DNA of 62,744 bases, the filler included, from a bacterium (GTDB taxonomy: Bacteria > JBDRGX01), in assembly GCA_043817485.1 (NCBI GenBank). It is 7 parts of 7 records of this genome, joined end to end, with 100 filler letters (N's around TTAATTAATTAA, not from the genome) between each part and the next. Parts side by side here need not be neighbours in the genome. Positions count along the whole stretch, not along the records: positions 25,530 to 33,409 come from JBDRGX010000112.1; positions 33,510 to 57,811 come from JBDRGX010000113.1; 5 more parts are not named here. One strand, written 5' to 3'. The notes beneath the pieces were generated by a model. The model did no database searches. It was given only the letters and a program-made list of their open reading frames with translations, and had not been told where the DNA came from. Positions 31,766 to 43,003 of this stretch are shown here, in pieces (the stretch's first letter is position 1; each line of letters starts with the position of its first letter). The translations under genes and the position numbers were made by a program.

Positions 31766-32957
31766 TATATTTCCATTCTACAGGAATATCTATAACACCA
31801 TATTTTTCACTTGTTGCTCCAGAAATAATATAAAAATCATATAGCTTTTCATGAAAATCAAAAGGATGTTCACAACTATAATCAAATACTGCAACTGTAA
31901 TTAAATAATGACCTGGTAATAAAGGAAAAGAAGGGAAAGTACATTCTACAAACCCATTATTTTTTATTTCATTTATGATACAATCACTAAATTTGGTATT
32001 AGGCCCATTTATTTGTAAGCCATCTTCTCTATAAATAGCTAATCCAAATACTGGTTTTTTAATAAATTCTGATGATTGATATTTCATTGAAATTGTTAAC
32101 ATATCTCCTGTGCGAAAATTTTTACAAACTTTTCTTTTCTTGTTTAATAAAATAACTTCTTCAATTTTTATTTCTCCAGAACCTTGTCTATTTACTCCTA
32201 AATTAACTACCTCTTTTTCTTTTTCATAACCATATAAAAGTTTTCTATATTTAGAAATAGATTTTACAGGTTCACCATCAAATATCATTTCTCCTTTATG
32301 AAATAAAATAACTCTATCACAAATTTTTTCTATACTTGAAAGATCATGTGATACAAAAATAATTGTTTTTCCTTTTTTTTTGAAATCTGCTATTCTTTGA
32401 AAACATTTTTTTTGAAATCCTTCATCTCCTACAGCCAAAATTTCATCAATTAACAAAATATTTGTATCTACTTCTGTAGCAATTGCAAAGCCCAATCTCA
32501 TATACATTCCAGAAGAATAATTTTGAATAGGAATATCTATAAAATGCTCTAATTCAGCAAAACTAATAATTTTATCTAATTTTTTTTGCATTTCTTTTTT
32601 AGAAAAGCCCAATAATGAACCATTTAAAAATATATTTTCTATTCCAGTTAATTCTGGTTGAAATCCAGCCCCTAATTCTATTAAAGCAGAAACTTTGTCT
32701 TGTTTTATAATATTTCCACAAGTAGGTAAATATATTCCAGCAATAAGTTTCAATAAACTACTTTTTCCAGAACCATTTTCTCCTATTATTCCCAATACTT
32801 CACCTTTTTCTATTGAAAAATTTATATTACGAAGTGCCCAAAAATCTTCATAACACTTTTCTTTTTTAAATAAAAAATGAAAAATATATTCTTTTAAAGT
32901 AGTATATTTTTCATGATAAAGACGAAATTTAAGACCAACATTTTTAACTTCAATCAT
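31758..32957 (-). CDS. wzt: Polysaccharide ABC exporter ATP-binding subunit with Wzt C-terminal domain
   Basis: GENGSGKS, YSSGMYMRLGFA, DEILAVGD, Wzt_C-like tail. Confidence 0.9.
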   Translation of the reverse strand: MIEVKNVGLKFRLYHEKYTTLKEYIFHFLFKKEKCYEDFWALRNINFSIEKGEVLGIIGENGSGKSSLLKLIAGIYLPTCGNIIKQDKVSALIELGAGFQPELTGIENIFLNGSLLGFSKKEMQKKLDKIISFAELEHFIDIPIQNYSSGMYMRLGFAIATEVDTNILLIDEILAVGDEGFQKKCFQRIADFKKKGKTIIFVSHDLSSIEKICDRVILFHKGEMIFDGEPVKSISKYRKLLYGYEKEKEVVNLGVNRQGSGEIKIEEVILLNKKRKVCKNFRTGDMLTISMKYQSSEFIKKPVFGLAIYREDGLQINGPNTKFSDCIINEIKNNGFVECTFPSFPLLPGHYLITVAVFDYSCEHPFDFHEKLYDFYIISGATSEKYGVIDIPVEWKYSE

Positions 32958-33409
32958 TTTTCTGTTATACTTTCTTTTATGATTTCTATTATTTTGTTCA
33001 CTTTATTATCCCAATTATTTTCTTTAGCAACTTTTTCTAAATTTTTTTGTTCAATTTGTCCATTTAAAATATTTTTCATAGTATCAATAAATTCTTTATT
33101 ATTATTTACCAAACTAATTTCATTTTTATATAAACTAAAACTTTCTAAATTTGTAGAAATAATTGGTTTATTCATAGAAGCATAGATGTATGCTTTACTC
33201 ATATTCATTGCATTTGTCAATAAATTTTTCTTTACGGGAATTATGGCTATATCAAAAAAATCAATATAAATAGGTAATTCTTCATAAGAAATACAACCCA
33301 ATACTAAAATATTTTCAAATTTTTTTAAAAATTCAATTTCTTTTTTAACATCACTACTTACAGGACCAATTAACAAAATAGTTTCTTTTTTAAATTGAGA
33401 AGCAATTTC
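32954..33409 (-). CDS. Glycosyltransferase C-terminal fragment (cut by gap)
   Basis: LIGP..ENILVLG..YEELP.YI..FDIAIIP..KPIIST..NNWD. Confidence 0.75.
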   Translation of the reverse strand, partial: EIASQFKKETILLIGPVSSDVKKEIEFLKKFENILVLGCISYEELPIYIDFFDIAIIPVKKNLLTNAMNMSKAYIYASMNKPIISTNLESFSLYKNEISLVNNNKEFIDTMKNILNGQIEQKNLEKVAKENNWDNKVNKIIEIIKESITEK

Positions 33410-33509
33410 NNNNNNNNNNNNNNNNNNNNNNNNNNNNNNNNNNNNNNNNNNNNTTAATTAATTAANNNNNNNNNNNNNNNNNNNNNNNNNNNNNNNNNNN
33501 NNNNNNNNN
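33410..33509. other. Assembly spacer
   Basis: N44-TTAATTAATTAA-N44. Confidence 0.97.
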
Positions 33510-33540
33510 AAAAATTATTAAGAGATAAAGGAGTATTTTT

Positions 33541-34638
33541 ATGGAAAAAATATCTTTTAAAAAATTTGTAGTTATTGATGGAACAAGAGATGATTTAGGC
33601 ACTAATTCTATAATAGTTAGAATTTCCAAAATATCAATGAAAAAACTTGAATTATTTCCAGGATTAATTACATTAGAAGGAAATCAAGAAAAAACTGCTG
33701 AATTTCAACTTAAATCAGAATTACCGGATTATCCATTAGAAGAAATGAAAATTTCAATGACTTTTGAAGCAAGAAAATTATTAAATGTAGAAATTGGAAA
33801 TGAAATTATTTTAGTAGATCAAAAAATAAAACATATAGATTTATTAGAACTTGAAACAATAATATCTTTTCATGAAGATGTAGGAATGAATCCTCCTATT
33901 TGTAGAATTTCAGAAGAAAATATGGCACAATTAAGTTTTTATGAAAATAGTTTTGTTATTCTTCAATTTGAAAAAGCCTTTATAAGAATAAAAGTTAGAA
34001 AAGGAGATATGAATGATAATCAAATATCTATTTGTAGAGAGGTAAGAAATCTTTTAAAAGTTAATTTGGGACAAAAAATAATAATTAGAAAAGAAACAAA
34101 TGCAGAAAAAAGCGATTATTTTTTTAATATTCTTAAAAAAATTGATTTTATGCAAGCTTTTAAAGATACAGAAATTTTAAAATTAGCAAAAAGTTTAGAA
34201 AAAGAAGAATATCAAAATGGAGATATTATTTGTAATGAAGGAGAAGAAGGTTCTTCAATGTATATTATTGATATTGGAAAAGTAGAAATAAGTATTAAAT
34301 CACATTTAGGGCAAAAACATATTATTGCTTATTTGAATGAAGGTGATTTTTTTGGAGAAATATCTTTATTGACTGGACAAAATAGAATTGCTACAGTTAG
34401 TAGTACTACATATACGGTTCTTTTAGTAATAAATAAACAATCTTTTAAAAATATTCTTATGATTGATCCTACCAGAGTGGAAAAAATAGCAGAAATAGTT
34501 AGTAAAAGATTAAAAGAAACTAAAACATATATTGCAGAATCTGAATATGATGATAAACAATCTATTGAAAAAGCAAATAATAAAATGACTTTTAGTGAGC
34601 AAATAAGAGACTTTTTTGCTCTTGATGTAAAAGATTAA
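33541..34638 (+). CDS. Cyclic-nucleotide-binding protein with two N-terminal Cdc48-N-like repeats
   Basis: cNMP domain (EGEEGSSMYII..GKV, GDFFGEISLL....RIATV); N-terminal duplicated ~90-aa repeat. Confidence 0.8.
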   Translation: MEKISFKKFVVIDGTRDDLGTNSIIVRISKISMKKLELFPGLITLEGNQEKTAEFQLKSELPDYPLEEMKISMTFEARKLLNVEIGNEIILVDQKIKHIDLLELETIISFHEDVGMNPPICRISEENMAQLSFYENSFVILQFEKAFIRIKVRKGDMNDNQISICREVRNLLKVNLGQKIIIRKETNAEKSDYFFNILKKIDFMQAFKDTEILKLAKSLEKEEYQNGDIICNEGEEGSSMYIIDIGKVEISIKSHLGQKHIIAYLNEGDFFGEISLLTGQNRIATVSSTTYTVLLVINKQSFKNILMIDPTRVEKIAEIVSKRLKETKTYIAESEYDDKQSIEKANNKMTFSEQIRDFFALDVKD

Positions 34639-34650
34639 GGAGGTTTTAAA

Positions 34651-34764
34651 ATGTCAAAAACAAGAGATAAAGGCGAAAAACATGAACTTAAAAAATCTAA
34701 ACTTACTCTTAAAGAAAAAAGGAAGTTAAAAGATGAAAAGAAAAAAGGAAAAATTGAAATTTAA
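34651..34764 (+). CDS. Small lysine-rich protein (37 aa)
   Basis: AAGGAGG RBS; MSKTRDKGEKHELKKSKLTLKEKRKLKDEKKKGKIEI*. Confidence 0.65.
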   Translation: MSKTRDKGEKHELKKSKLTLKEKRKLKDEKKKGKIEI

Positions 34765-34803
34765 AAAAAATTAAAATAAAAATATTGTTGTAGGAGATAA
34801 ATA

Positions 34804-35268
34804 ATGGGAAAAATATATAAAGGGGATCTAATAGCTGATGAAATGCGATTTGCAATTATTTGTTCTCGTTTTAATGAATTTATTACTAATAAATTATTAG
34901 AAGGAGCAATTGATGCTTTAATAAGACATAAAGCAAAAGAAGAAAATATAGATGTAATTTGGACTCCAGGTTCTTTTGAAATTCCAATTGTTGCTAATAA
35001 AATAGCAAAAACAAAAAAATATGATGCAATTATTTGTTTAGGAGCAATTATTAGGGGAGAAACTCCTCACTTTGAATATGTAGCATCAGAAGTTTCTAAA
35101 GGCATTTCTAAAATAGGATTAGAAACTTTAATTCCAGTTATATTTGGTGTACTTACAGTAGATACTTTAGATCAAGCAATTGGAAGATCTGGAACAAAAT
35201 ATGGTAATAAAGGATGGAGTGCAGCTCTTTCAGCTATTGAAATGGTTGACTTAATGAAAAAAATATAA
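34804..35268 (+). CDS. ribH: 6,7-dimethyl-8-ribityllumazine synthase
   Basis: [26 protein letters not shown]. Confidence 0.97.
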   Translation: MGKIYKGDLIADEMRFAIICSRFNEFITNKLLEGAIDALIRHKAKEENIDVIWTPGSFEIPIVANKIAKTKKYDAIICLGAIIRGETPHFEYVASEVSKGISKIGLETLIPVIFGVLTVDTLDQAIGRSGTKYGNKGWSAALSAIEMVDLMKKI

Positions 35269-35277
35269 TTTTGGAGA

Positions 35278-35690
35278 ATGATGAGAAATAGAACTAAAGC
35301 AAGAGAAATGACACTTCAAATTTTATATGAAATTGAAATAAAAGAAAAAATTTTATTAGATGAAATATTTTCTTATTTTTGGCAAAGGCACACAGTATCT
35401 TTAGAAATTCAAAAATTTATTCAAGAATTAGTAAATGGTGTTATAGAAAATAAAAAAAAAAAATTGATGAAATAATAAAAGAAAAAGTTTTAAATTGGGA
35501 AATAGAAAGAATTTCAATTATTGATAAAAATGTTATTAGAATTGCTATTTATGAAATTTTATATAAAAAAGAAATTCCTCGAAAAGTAAGCATAAATGAA
35601 GCTGTTGAAATATCTAAAAAATATAGTACTGATGAATCTGGTAATTTTGTTAATGGAATTTTAGATAAAATTAAAAAGAATGAAGAATAA
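35278..35690 (+). CDS. nusB: Antitermination factor NusB, frameshifted at A12 (35452-35463)
   Basis: RTKARE..LQILYE; second frame IDE..NWEIERISIIDKNVIRIAIYE..INEAVEISKKY..FVNGILD; follows ribH. Confidence 0.92.
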
Positions 35691-35765
35691 AATTTTTTTT
35701 ATAATTTAATATTTTGCAAATTGTCAAGAAATAATTCATTTCAATATAAATTAAAGGATAATTTT

Positions 35766-36476
35766 ATGAAATATAAAATATTTTTTATTATAATAACACT
35801 TTTTTTTGTAAATTTTGTTTGTGCAGAAATAGAAAATTTTGAAAAATGGAGTAATTTATTTAAAGAAAAAGAGGTAGTGAAAAGTTTAGGAATAGTTATG
35901 GATCAAGAAGTTTTTTCTGCTCCAGAAATTAAAAAAACAAAAGCTCCAGAAATCGGTATTTATTGGTTAGTAGTAAATTTATCTTCTGTTGCTAAAAATG
36001 CTATTAAAGAAGAAACTAAACAAAATATTTCTTTTATTTCTGTTCCTGTCATTCAATCAAAAATGACATTTCCGGGTGATTTAGAAATAGGAACAAAATT
36101 TATTCCATTTGGATTATTCCCTGGTGTACAAACAATTGGTCTACGAGTAAAATATAATTGGAAATATAAAAATCTTTTTCTTGGATCATTGATAACAAAT
36201 TTTAATATATTAAAAACAAATTGGAATTGGGAAATAAGTAATTTTTCTTGTAAAGGAACTATAGGTAAAAAATTAAATATATTTACACCTTATATTGGTA
36301 TTGGATTTATTAGAACTTCTCCTTTGTTAAAAACTTTCATGTCAAAAACAATTGTTTCAGCACAAGATTATCTTTTTATTGCGGGCTTAAAAATAGAATG
36401 TTTTTCTAATTTTGATTTATTACTTCAAGCAAATAACCAATCTTTTGGAACTGGAATAAATTTTAAATTTCAATAA
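35766..36476 (+). CDS. Exported hypothetical protein, possible outer-membrane beta-barrel
   Basis: Signal peptide from ATG 35766; amphipathic strands, TPYIGIG, terminal GINFKFQ. Confidence 0.55.
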   Translation: MKYKIFFIIITLFFVNFVCAEIENFEKWSNLFKEKEVVKSLGIVMDQEVFSAPEIKKTKAPEIGIYWLVVNLSSVAKNAIKEETKQNISFISVPVIQSKMTFPGDLEIGTKFIPFGLFPGVQTIGLRVKYNWKYKNLFLGSLITNFNILKTNWNWEISNFSCKGTIGKKLNIFTPYIGIGFIRTSPLLKTFMSKTIVSAQDYLFIAGLKIECFSNFDLLLQANNQSFGTGINFKFQ

Positions 36477-36673
36477 TATAAAAAAGTAAATTGTAATAAT
36501 GAACATTTTTTTGTAGGCATAAATTTCGCAGTATTTTATAATATTATTTTCAGTTTAAAATATTAAAAATCATAGCGATAATATAATTTTAAAAAATCTA
36601 TATTGATTAAATTTTATAACTATAAATATAATTTTAATATTTATGATATGAAGATTATTGTTATTTTGTTATG

Positions 36674-37213
<540 letters not shown>

Positions 37214-37223
<10 letters not shown>

Positions 37224-37741
37224 TTAAATCCTTGAATTAATGCTTCTTTGTTTATTTCTAATAAATTTTGTTTAGTAGAAGATAAAGCATTTTTTAAAGA
37301 ATTTAAACAACTTTCTAAAGAAATAATTTGAGTTATTGCTATATATTTTCCAATCATTACCATGTTAGTAATTTTAACATTTCCTATTTTTTCTGCTATA
37401 TCAGAAGCTGGAATTTTTATAAAATTTTGTTCATTTGAAATTTCTTTAATTAAAGAAGAATTTAAAATAATTATTCCATTTTTTTTTACTTTAGATTCTA
37501 ATTTTTTAAAAGAAATATCATTCATGAAAATACCAATATCAGCTTGTGAAATAATTGGAGATCCTATTTCTTCAGAAGAAATTATAATACTGCAATTTGC
37601 AAATCCACCTCTCATTTCTATTCCATAGGATTTAAAAAGTGTTACTTCTTTTTTTTCTTGCATAGCAGCATAAGCTAAAAGATTCCCTGCTAAAATAATT
37701 CCTTGACCTCCATATCCAGCAATTATAATTTTTTGTTTCAT
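37214..37741 (-). CDS. 2-oxoacid:ferredoxin oxidoreductase gamma subunit
   Basis: IAGYGGQGI, SYGIEMRGG, EIGSP, NMVMIG. Confidence 0.9.
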
Positions 37742-37789
37742 CTTTTATCCTTTTTATAAAAAAAAATTCTATACTATTTTTTATAAATG

Positions 37790-38431
37790 TCAATTAAATT
37801 TTATGGAAATTTGACTTATTCCAATTAACAAAAATATTATACCAGATATTATAGCAGATAGTTGTGCTATCCATTGTATTTTTTCTAATTTTGAAAAATA
37901 TCCCAAAAAAATAAGAGGAATAAGGTAAATTGAAGTAGTAAGAAAAAATATAAAAAAAAATAAAATTCCATTTAAAAAATTTCCTATATTAAATATATAA
38001 GTTATTGCAAGAATAAAAGGAGGACAAATATTAAATCCCGTGAGAAATCCAAAAACAAAAGGCAAGTTAAACATTAAGTGAAATTTTTGAAAAAATAAAC
38101 ATAACTTAAATTGAGGAAATGATTTTACTAATCCATAAAAAATTAAAAAAATAGAACAAATTATAATAATTATTGGTGTTATTTTATGGATAGTTTTATT
38201 TAAAAATATTTTTCCTAAATAACCAGACAATCCACCTATTATTATATATGCTAATAATTTTCCAAAACAAAAATTAATTATTATTTTTACTCTATTTTTA
38301 AAAGATTGTTTTTCTGCTAAAACTATAGGAAAAGTAACAGGTAGACAATATCCTAAACAAAAAATACCAGTGGATAATCCAAGCAAAATACTTTGAGTAA
38401 TTAAATTACTTTGAGTAATTAAATTAAGCAT
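37790..38431 (-). CDS. DsbD_2 / TauE-SafE-like membrane protein
   Basis: GLSTG.FCLGYC.P, GFLTGFNICPP, ~6 TM; in-frame 18-bp duplication at 38391-38426 (NLITQS x2). Confidence 0.7.
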   Translation of the reverse strand: MLNLITQSNLITQSILLGLSTGIFCLGYCLPVTFPIVLAEKQSFKNRVKIIINFCFGKLLAYIIIGGLSGYLGKIFLNKTIHKITPIIIIICSIFLIFYGLVKSFPQFKLCLFFQKFHLMFNLPFVFGFLTGFNICPPFILAITYIFNIGNFLNGILFFFIFFLTTSIYLIPLIFLGYFSKLEKIQWIAQLSAIISGIIFLLIGISQISIKFN

Positions 38432-38433
38432 AT

Positions 38434-39117
38434 TTAATCTGTTGTTTCTTTTAATAATTTTTTTGCTTCATTTGTTTCTTTTGAATTTAATGAAGTATTA
38501 ATTACTTTTTGCCAATTTTCTCTTGCTTTAAGAATATCTCCATTTTTTTTATATGCATTACCAAGTCCTAAATAAATAGTAGCAAGAAGATTTTTATCAA
38601 AAGATTTTTTTTCATTTAGTAAAAGTAAATATTCGAAATCTTCAATAGATGTTTTTATTCGATGAAAAATATTTTCTGGTAAAGCAAGACAAGTATTCCC
38701 TCTGATCATTCTTATAGTAATATTAGTAGAATCTAATTTAATTGCTTTATCCATTTGTGTTAAACCATCATTTACATATTTTAATTTTAGTAATGGAAAA
38801 ATAGCATCTCTTCCTTTCATTGTAAGAATACTACCATACCATGTTAAAGCTTCAGAATTTTCAGGTTTTATTTGTAATAATTTCTTAAAATAAATTGCAG
38901 ATTTTTTAACTGCATTTTTATTCCCTAGTTTAGCTAATTCATGATAAGCAATTCCTATTTTCATTAAAAGTTCAGTATTTTGAGGATTTATTTTTAATTG
39001 ATTTTCAAGTAAAATTATTTCATTTGGAATTAATTCTTTTTTAGATTGTTGAGAAAATATAAAAGTGGTACTAACTAAAAGCAAAATAATAAAAATTAAT
39101 TTTTGTTTAATAATCAT
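38434..39117 (-). CDS. Exported TPR-repeat protein
   Basis: AGGAGG RBS before ATG 39117, signal peptide, TPR motifs (YLGLGNAYKKNG...ARENWQKV). Confidence 0.8.
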   Translation of the reverse strand: MIIKQKLIFIILLLVSTTFIFSQQSKKELIPNEIILLENQLKINPQNTELLMKIGIAYHELAKLGNKNAVKKSAIYFKKLLQIKPENSEALTWYGSILTMKGRDAIFPLLKLKYVNDGLTQMDKAIKLDSTNITIRMIRGNTCLALPENIFHRIKTSIEDFEYLLLLNEKKSFDKNLLATIYLGLGNAYKKNGDILKARENWQKVINTSLNSKETNEAKKLLKETTD

Positions 39118-39228
39118 TTTCAAAAACCTCCTTAAAATAAAAACTAAAAAAATAATTGCCAATAATTAAAAAATATTATATTAAGATTAAAATCAATAAT
39201 TGTCAATAATTTTATAAAAAATTAAAAA

Positions 39229-39906
39229 ATGAAAAGAGGGATTATTGTGTTAGAAAAATTACCTGGTTTTATTATTATGTATCCAGCTCTTATTTTAGCG
39301 ATAACTGCTCATGAATTTGCTCATGCATGGGCAGCTTCTAAATTAGGAGATAATACAGCTCGAAACGAAGGTCGTGTTTCTTTCAATCCTTTACATCATA
39401 TTGATCTTATTGGAACTGTAATACTTCCTTTAATGATGATTTTTACTGCAACTCCTTTTTTAATAGGATGGGCAAAACCAGTACCAGTTAATCCTTGTTT
39501 TTTAAAAAATCCTAAAAAAGATACTTTATGGATTTCTTTGGCTGGTCCAATTGCTAATTTAATTTTAATGTTTATTCTTTCTATAATTTTTTATTTTATT
39601 AGATTTTTACCTTTAAATTCCAATTTTATTTTTGTATTTGAACCTTTAATGGGATTTATTTCTATATGTGCTTACTTAAATTTAATTTTAGCTTTTTTCA
39701 ATCTTGTTCCAATTCCTCCTTTAGATGGGTCTGGAGTTTTAAAAGGACTTTTACCTTATCGTTATTTAATTAAATACGAAGAAATTTTTAACAGATATGG
39801 TTTTATTATTTTACTTATTTTATTATTTTCTGGTGCTTTACAATTGTATTTAAAGTTTGTTATTGGAATTTTAAAATACATTCCATTTATAAGAGTTATT
39901 TTATAA
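39229..39906 (+). CDS. Site-2 protease (M50) family
   Basis: HEFAH, LAGP.ANL, FNLVPIPPLDG. Confidence 0.95.
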   Translation: MKRGIIVLEKLPGFIIMYPALILAITAHEFAHAWAASKLGDNTARNEGRVSFNPLHHIDLIGTVILPLMMIFTATPFLIGWAKPVPVNPCFLKNPKKDTLWISLAGPIANLILMFILSIIFYFIRFLPLNSNFIFVFEPLMGFISICAYLNLILAFFNLVPIPPLDGSGVLKGLLPYRYLIKYEEIFNRYGFIILLILLFSGALQLYLKFVIGILKYIPFIRVIL

Positions 39907-39914
39907 GGAAAAAA

Positions 39915-40889
39915 ATGTTAAAAAAAATAATTGTTAGTGGACTTCGTCCTACTGGAAAAATGCATCTTGGTAATTTTTTAGGAACAGTTTCTAATTGGTT
40001 TGATTATCAAAAAGATTATAAATGTTTTTTTATGATTGCTGATTGGCATGCTTTAACTACAGAATATAAGCAGCCTCAAAAAATAAAAAGTCTTAGTTTA
40101 GAAATGTTAAAAGATTGGCTTTCTTTAGGAATTAATCCTGAAAAAAGTACTATATTTATTCAATCACAAGTAAAAGCACATTTGCAGTTATATTTTTTAC
40201 TTTCTATGATTACTCCATTACCTTGGTTAGAAAGAAATCCTACTTATAAAGATTTATTAACAGAAAGAAAAGATGAAGATTTAAGAACTTTTGGTTTTTT
40301 AGGATATCCCGTACTTCAAGCAGCTGATATTTTAATTTATAAAGCTAATATTGTTCCTGTAGGATTAGATCAACTTCCTCATATTGAACTTACTCGAGAA
40401 ATAGCAAAAAGATTTAATTTTCTTTATAAAGAAATTTTTCCTTTACCTGAATCTAAATTAACAGAAACTTCTAAATTGCTTGGTATTGATGGAAGAAAAA
40501 TGAGTAAAAGTTATAATAATTGTATTTATTTAAGTGATGAGCCCAAGGATTTAAAAAAGAAAATTAAAAATATGATTACAGATCCAGCTCGAATAAAAAA
40601 AAGTGATTTAGGACATCCAGATGTATGTAGTGTTTTTCAATATCAACAAATTTTTAATAAATATAATGTTCTTCAAATTAAACAAGAGTGTGAAAACGCT
40701 ACTATTGGATGTGTAGATTGTAAAGAAAATATTGCATCTATTATTATAAACTTTTTTGCTGAATTTAGAGAAATACGAAAAGAAATAAAATTAGAACAAA
40801 TAGAAGAAATAATTGAACATGGAAATTCTAAAGCACAAAAAGAAGCAGAAAAAGTATTAAAAGAAGTGAATGAAGTAATGCAATTTTAA
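39915..40889 (+). CDS. trpS: Tryptophanyl-tRNA synthetase
   Basis: SGLRPTGKMHLGN, YPVLQAADIL, VPVG.DQ, KMSKS. Confidence 0.97.
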   Translation: MLKKIIVSGLRPTGKMHLGNFLGTVSNWFDYQKDYKCFFMIADWHALTTEYKQPQKIKSLSLEMLKDWLSLGINPEKSTIFIQSQVKAHLQLYFLLSMITPLPWLERNPTYKDLLTERKDEDLRTFGFLGYPVLQAADILIYKANIVPVGLDQLPHIELTREIAKRFNFLYKEIFPLPESKLTETSKLLGIDGRKMSKSYNNCIYLSDEPKDLKKKIKNMITDPARIKKSDLGHPDVCSVFQYQQIFNKYNVLQIKQECENATIGCVDCKENIASIIINFFAEFREIRKEIKLEQIEEIIEHGNSKAQKEAEKVLKEVNEVMQF

Positions 40890-40934
40890 TGCTAATTTTT
40901 ATTAATACCAATTTGCATTCAATTATGAACTAAT

Positions 40935-42962
40935 TTATCTTCTATATTGTTTTGGAATAATATTATATTTTTCTAATCTTCTATAAAAAGTAGCTCTACT
41001 TATTCCTAATATTTTAGCAGTTTTGTTTATATCTCCATTATTTGCTTTTAAAGTTTGTTCATATAATTCTTGATTTGAAATTTCTGCTTTATTTATTTTA
41101 TTATCTAAAACATTTTCAACTTCAACTGAATTTTTTTCTAAAGAAATTGTTTCTGTTAGTCTTTCTGGTAAATCTTCTATAGAAATATATTCTTTTTCTG
41201 TTATGGCAATAGTATATTCAATTACATTTTCTAATTCTCTAATATTGCCAGGCCAAGGATAATTTAAAAATAATGTAAGAACTTTTTCATCTAATCCTTT
41301 TACATTTTTATTTAATCTTTTGTTTAATACTTTTATAAAATGATTAGCTAAAATTTCAATATCTTTATTTCTTTCTTTTAAACTAGGAATATTGATATTA
41401 ATAACATTTAAACGATAATATAATTCTTCTCTAAAATTTCCTTTTTTAATTTCTTGTAATAAATTTTTATTAGTAGCTGAAATAATTCTAACATCCATTG
41501 TAATAGATGTATTTCCTCCAATTCTAAAAAAATCTTTATTTTGTAAAACTCTTAAAAGTTTTACTTGCATATCTATAGGCATATCTCCAATTTCATCTAA
41601 AAGCATAGTTCCGCCTTCTGCTAATTCGAATTTGCCAATTGCTCCTTCTTTTCGAGCTCCAGTAAAAGCCCCTTCTGCATAACCAAATAATTCGCTTTCA
41701 ATTAATTCTCTTGGAATACCAGCACAATTAATAGCTACAAAAGGAAAATCTGCTCTTGAACTTGCATTGTGAATTGCTTGAGCAAATAATTCCTTACCTG
41801 TACCACTTTCTCCTTGTATAAGAACATTAGAAAAAGTAGTAGATGCAATTGCAGCTAATTTTTTAGATTCTATTAAAGCATCATTTTGTCCTAAAATGTC
41901 ATCAAAAACATATTTGGCTTGAGAGCCAACTATTTTATTAACTAATTTACCTAATTCTTTAATTTCTCTAAAAATTAAAACCTGTCCAGTATTTTCTTCA
42001 GTAATATCTTTTATATTAGTAATATTAGCAAACGCTCGAATTTTTTTATCACTTTTAGTCTTAATTTTAATTTCCTTATTTTTAGATTCTTCTTCTTTTT
42101 GACAAATTGTATTAATCGAAGGAGTGCTAATAATTATATCATCTATGTTTTTTTTTATGGAATCTTTTTTATCCATTTCTAACAAATTTAAAGCAAAAGA
42201 ATTTATTTCTTTTATTTTCCCTTGTTTATCATAAGCAATAATTCCATTTGATATGGATTCAAGAATAGCAGTTAAAAGATTATTAGAAATAATAAAATCT
42301 TCGGACATTTTTTTAATTTTAAATACATTATCACTGAGATCAGTACAAATTTTAGCCATTTGAGATATATTTAATGGAGAAGAAGTATCTTTTAATCCCA
42401 TAATTGATAAAATACCAATTGTTTGTCCTTTATCATTATGTAAAGGAGATGCACAACCTCTAATTTGATGAAAAGCTTTACAATAATATTCATATCCTTT
42501 TATGCTAATGAGTTGATTATAAGATATAGATAAATTAACACAAGTTGTTCCTATTATATCTTCGCTTAAACTTGCTCCGGGTTTTAAATTTATGCTTTGA
42601 CAAAAATTTAACATAGCATTATCGCAAAGCATTTCTAAACAACAAGCATCTTTATCATATAAAGATATTGCAAATCCTAAATACTTTATAGCTTCGTATA
42701 AATTTTCCATAAATGGCTTAACATTATCAATAAAAAATTTATTTTCTTCTTTTCTTCTTTCTAAAATTTCAGAAGAATAAACAATATTTTTTTTTATATT
42801 TGGATTAATGTTTAAATCTTTACATCTAATCCATGATTCGTAAATAATAGGTCTTAAAATTTTTTTATTAATTTTTCCATCAGTTATAAAATCTTGCCAT
42901 GCTTTTTCCCAAATTTTATGTAAAGAATTTTCTTTTTCATCTTTGTCATTGAAATTATTCAT
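40935..42962 (-). CDS. Sigma54-dependent activator (GAF-PAS-AAA+-HTH, AcoR-like)
   Basis: GESGTGKE, GAFTGA, LDEIGDM, WPGNIREL, LGISRATFYRRL. Confidence 0.93.
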   Translation of the reverse strand: MNNFNDKDEKENSLHKIWEKAWQDFITDGKINKKILRPIIYESWIRCKDLNINPNIKKNIVYSSEILERRKEENKFFIDNVKPFMENLYEAIKYLGFAISLYDKDACCLEMLCDNAMLNFCQSINLKPGASLSEDIIGTTCVNLSISYNQLISIKGYEYYCKAFHQIRGCASPLHNDKGQTIGILSIMGLKDTSSPLNISQMAKICTDLSDNVFKIKKMSEDFIISNNLLTAILESISNGIIAYDKQGKIKEINSFALNLLEMDKKDSIKKNIDDIIISTPSINTICQKEEESKNKEIKIKTKSDKKIRAFANITNIKDITEENTGQVLIFREIKELGKLVNKIVGSQAKYVFDDILGQNDALIESKKLAAIASTTFSNVLIQGESGTGKELFAQAIHNASSRADFPFVAINCAGIPRELIESELFGYAEGAFTGARKEGAIGKFELAEGGTMLLDEIGDMPIDMQVKLLRVLQNKDFFRIGGNTSITMDVRIISATNKNLLQEIKKGNFREELYYRLNVININIPSLKERNKDIEILANHFIKVLNKRLNKNVKGLDEKVLTLFLNYPWPGNIRELENVIEYTIAITEKEYISIEDLPERLTETISLEKNSVEVENVLDNKINKAEISNQELYEQTLKANNGDINKTAKILGISRATFYRRLEKYNIIPKQYRR

Positions 42963-43003
42963 TTAATCTCCAAAGTTTTATATTTTTTGGTAAAATTTTT
43001 TTA

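Noticed and set aside
38391-38426. 18-bp tandem duplication at a gene start
   Set aside because: In-frame local slippage (NLITQS x2) with no sign of wider significance.
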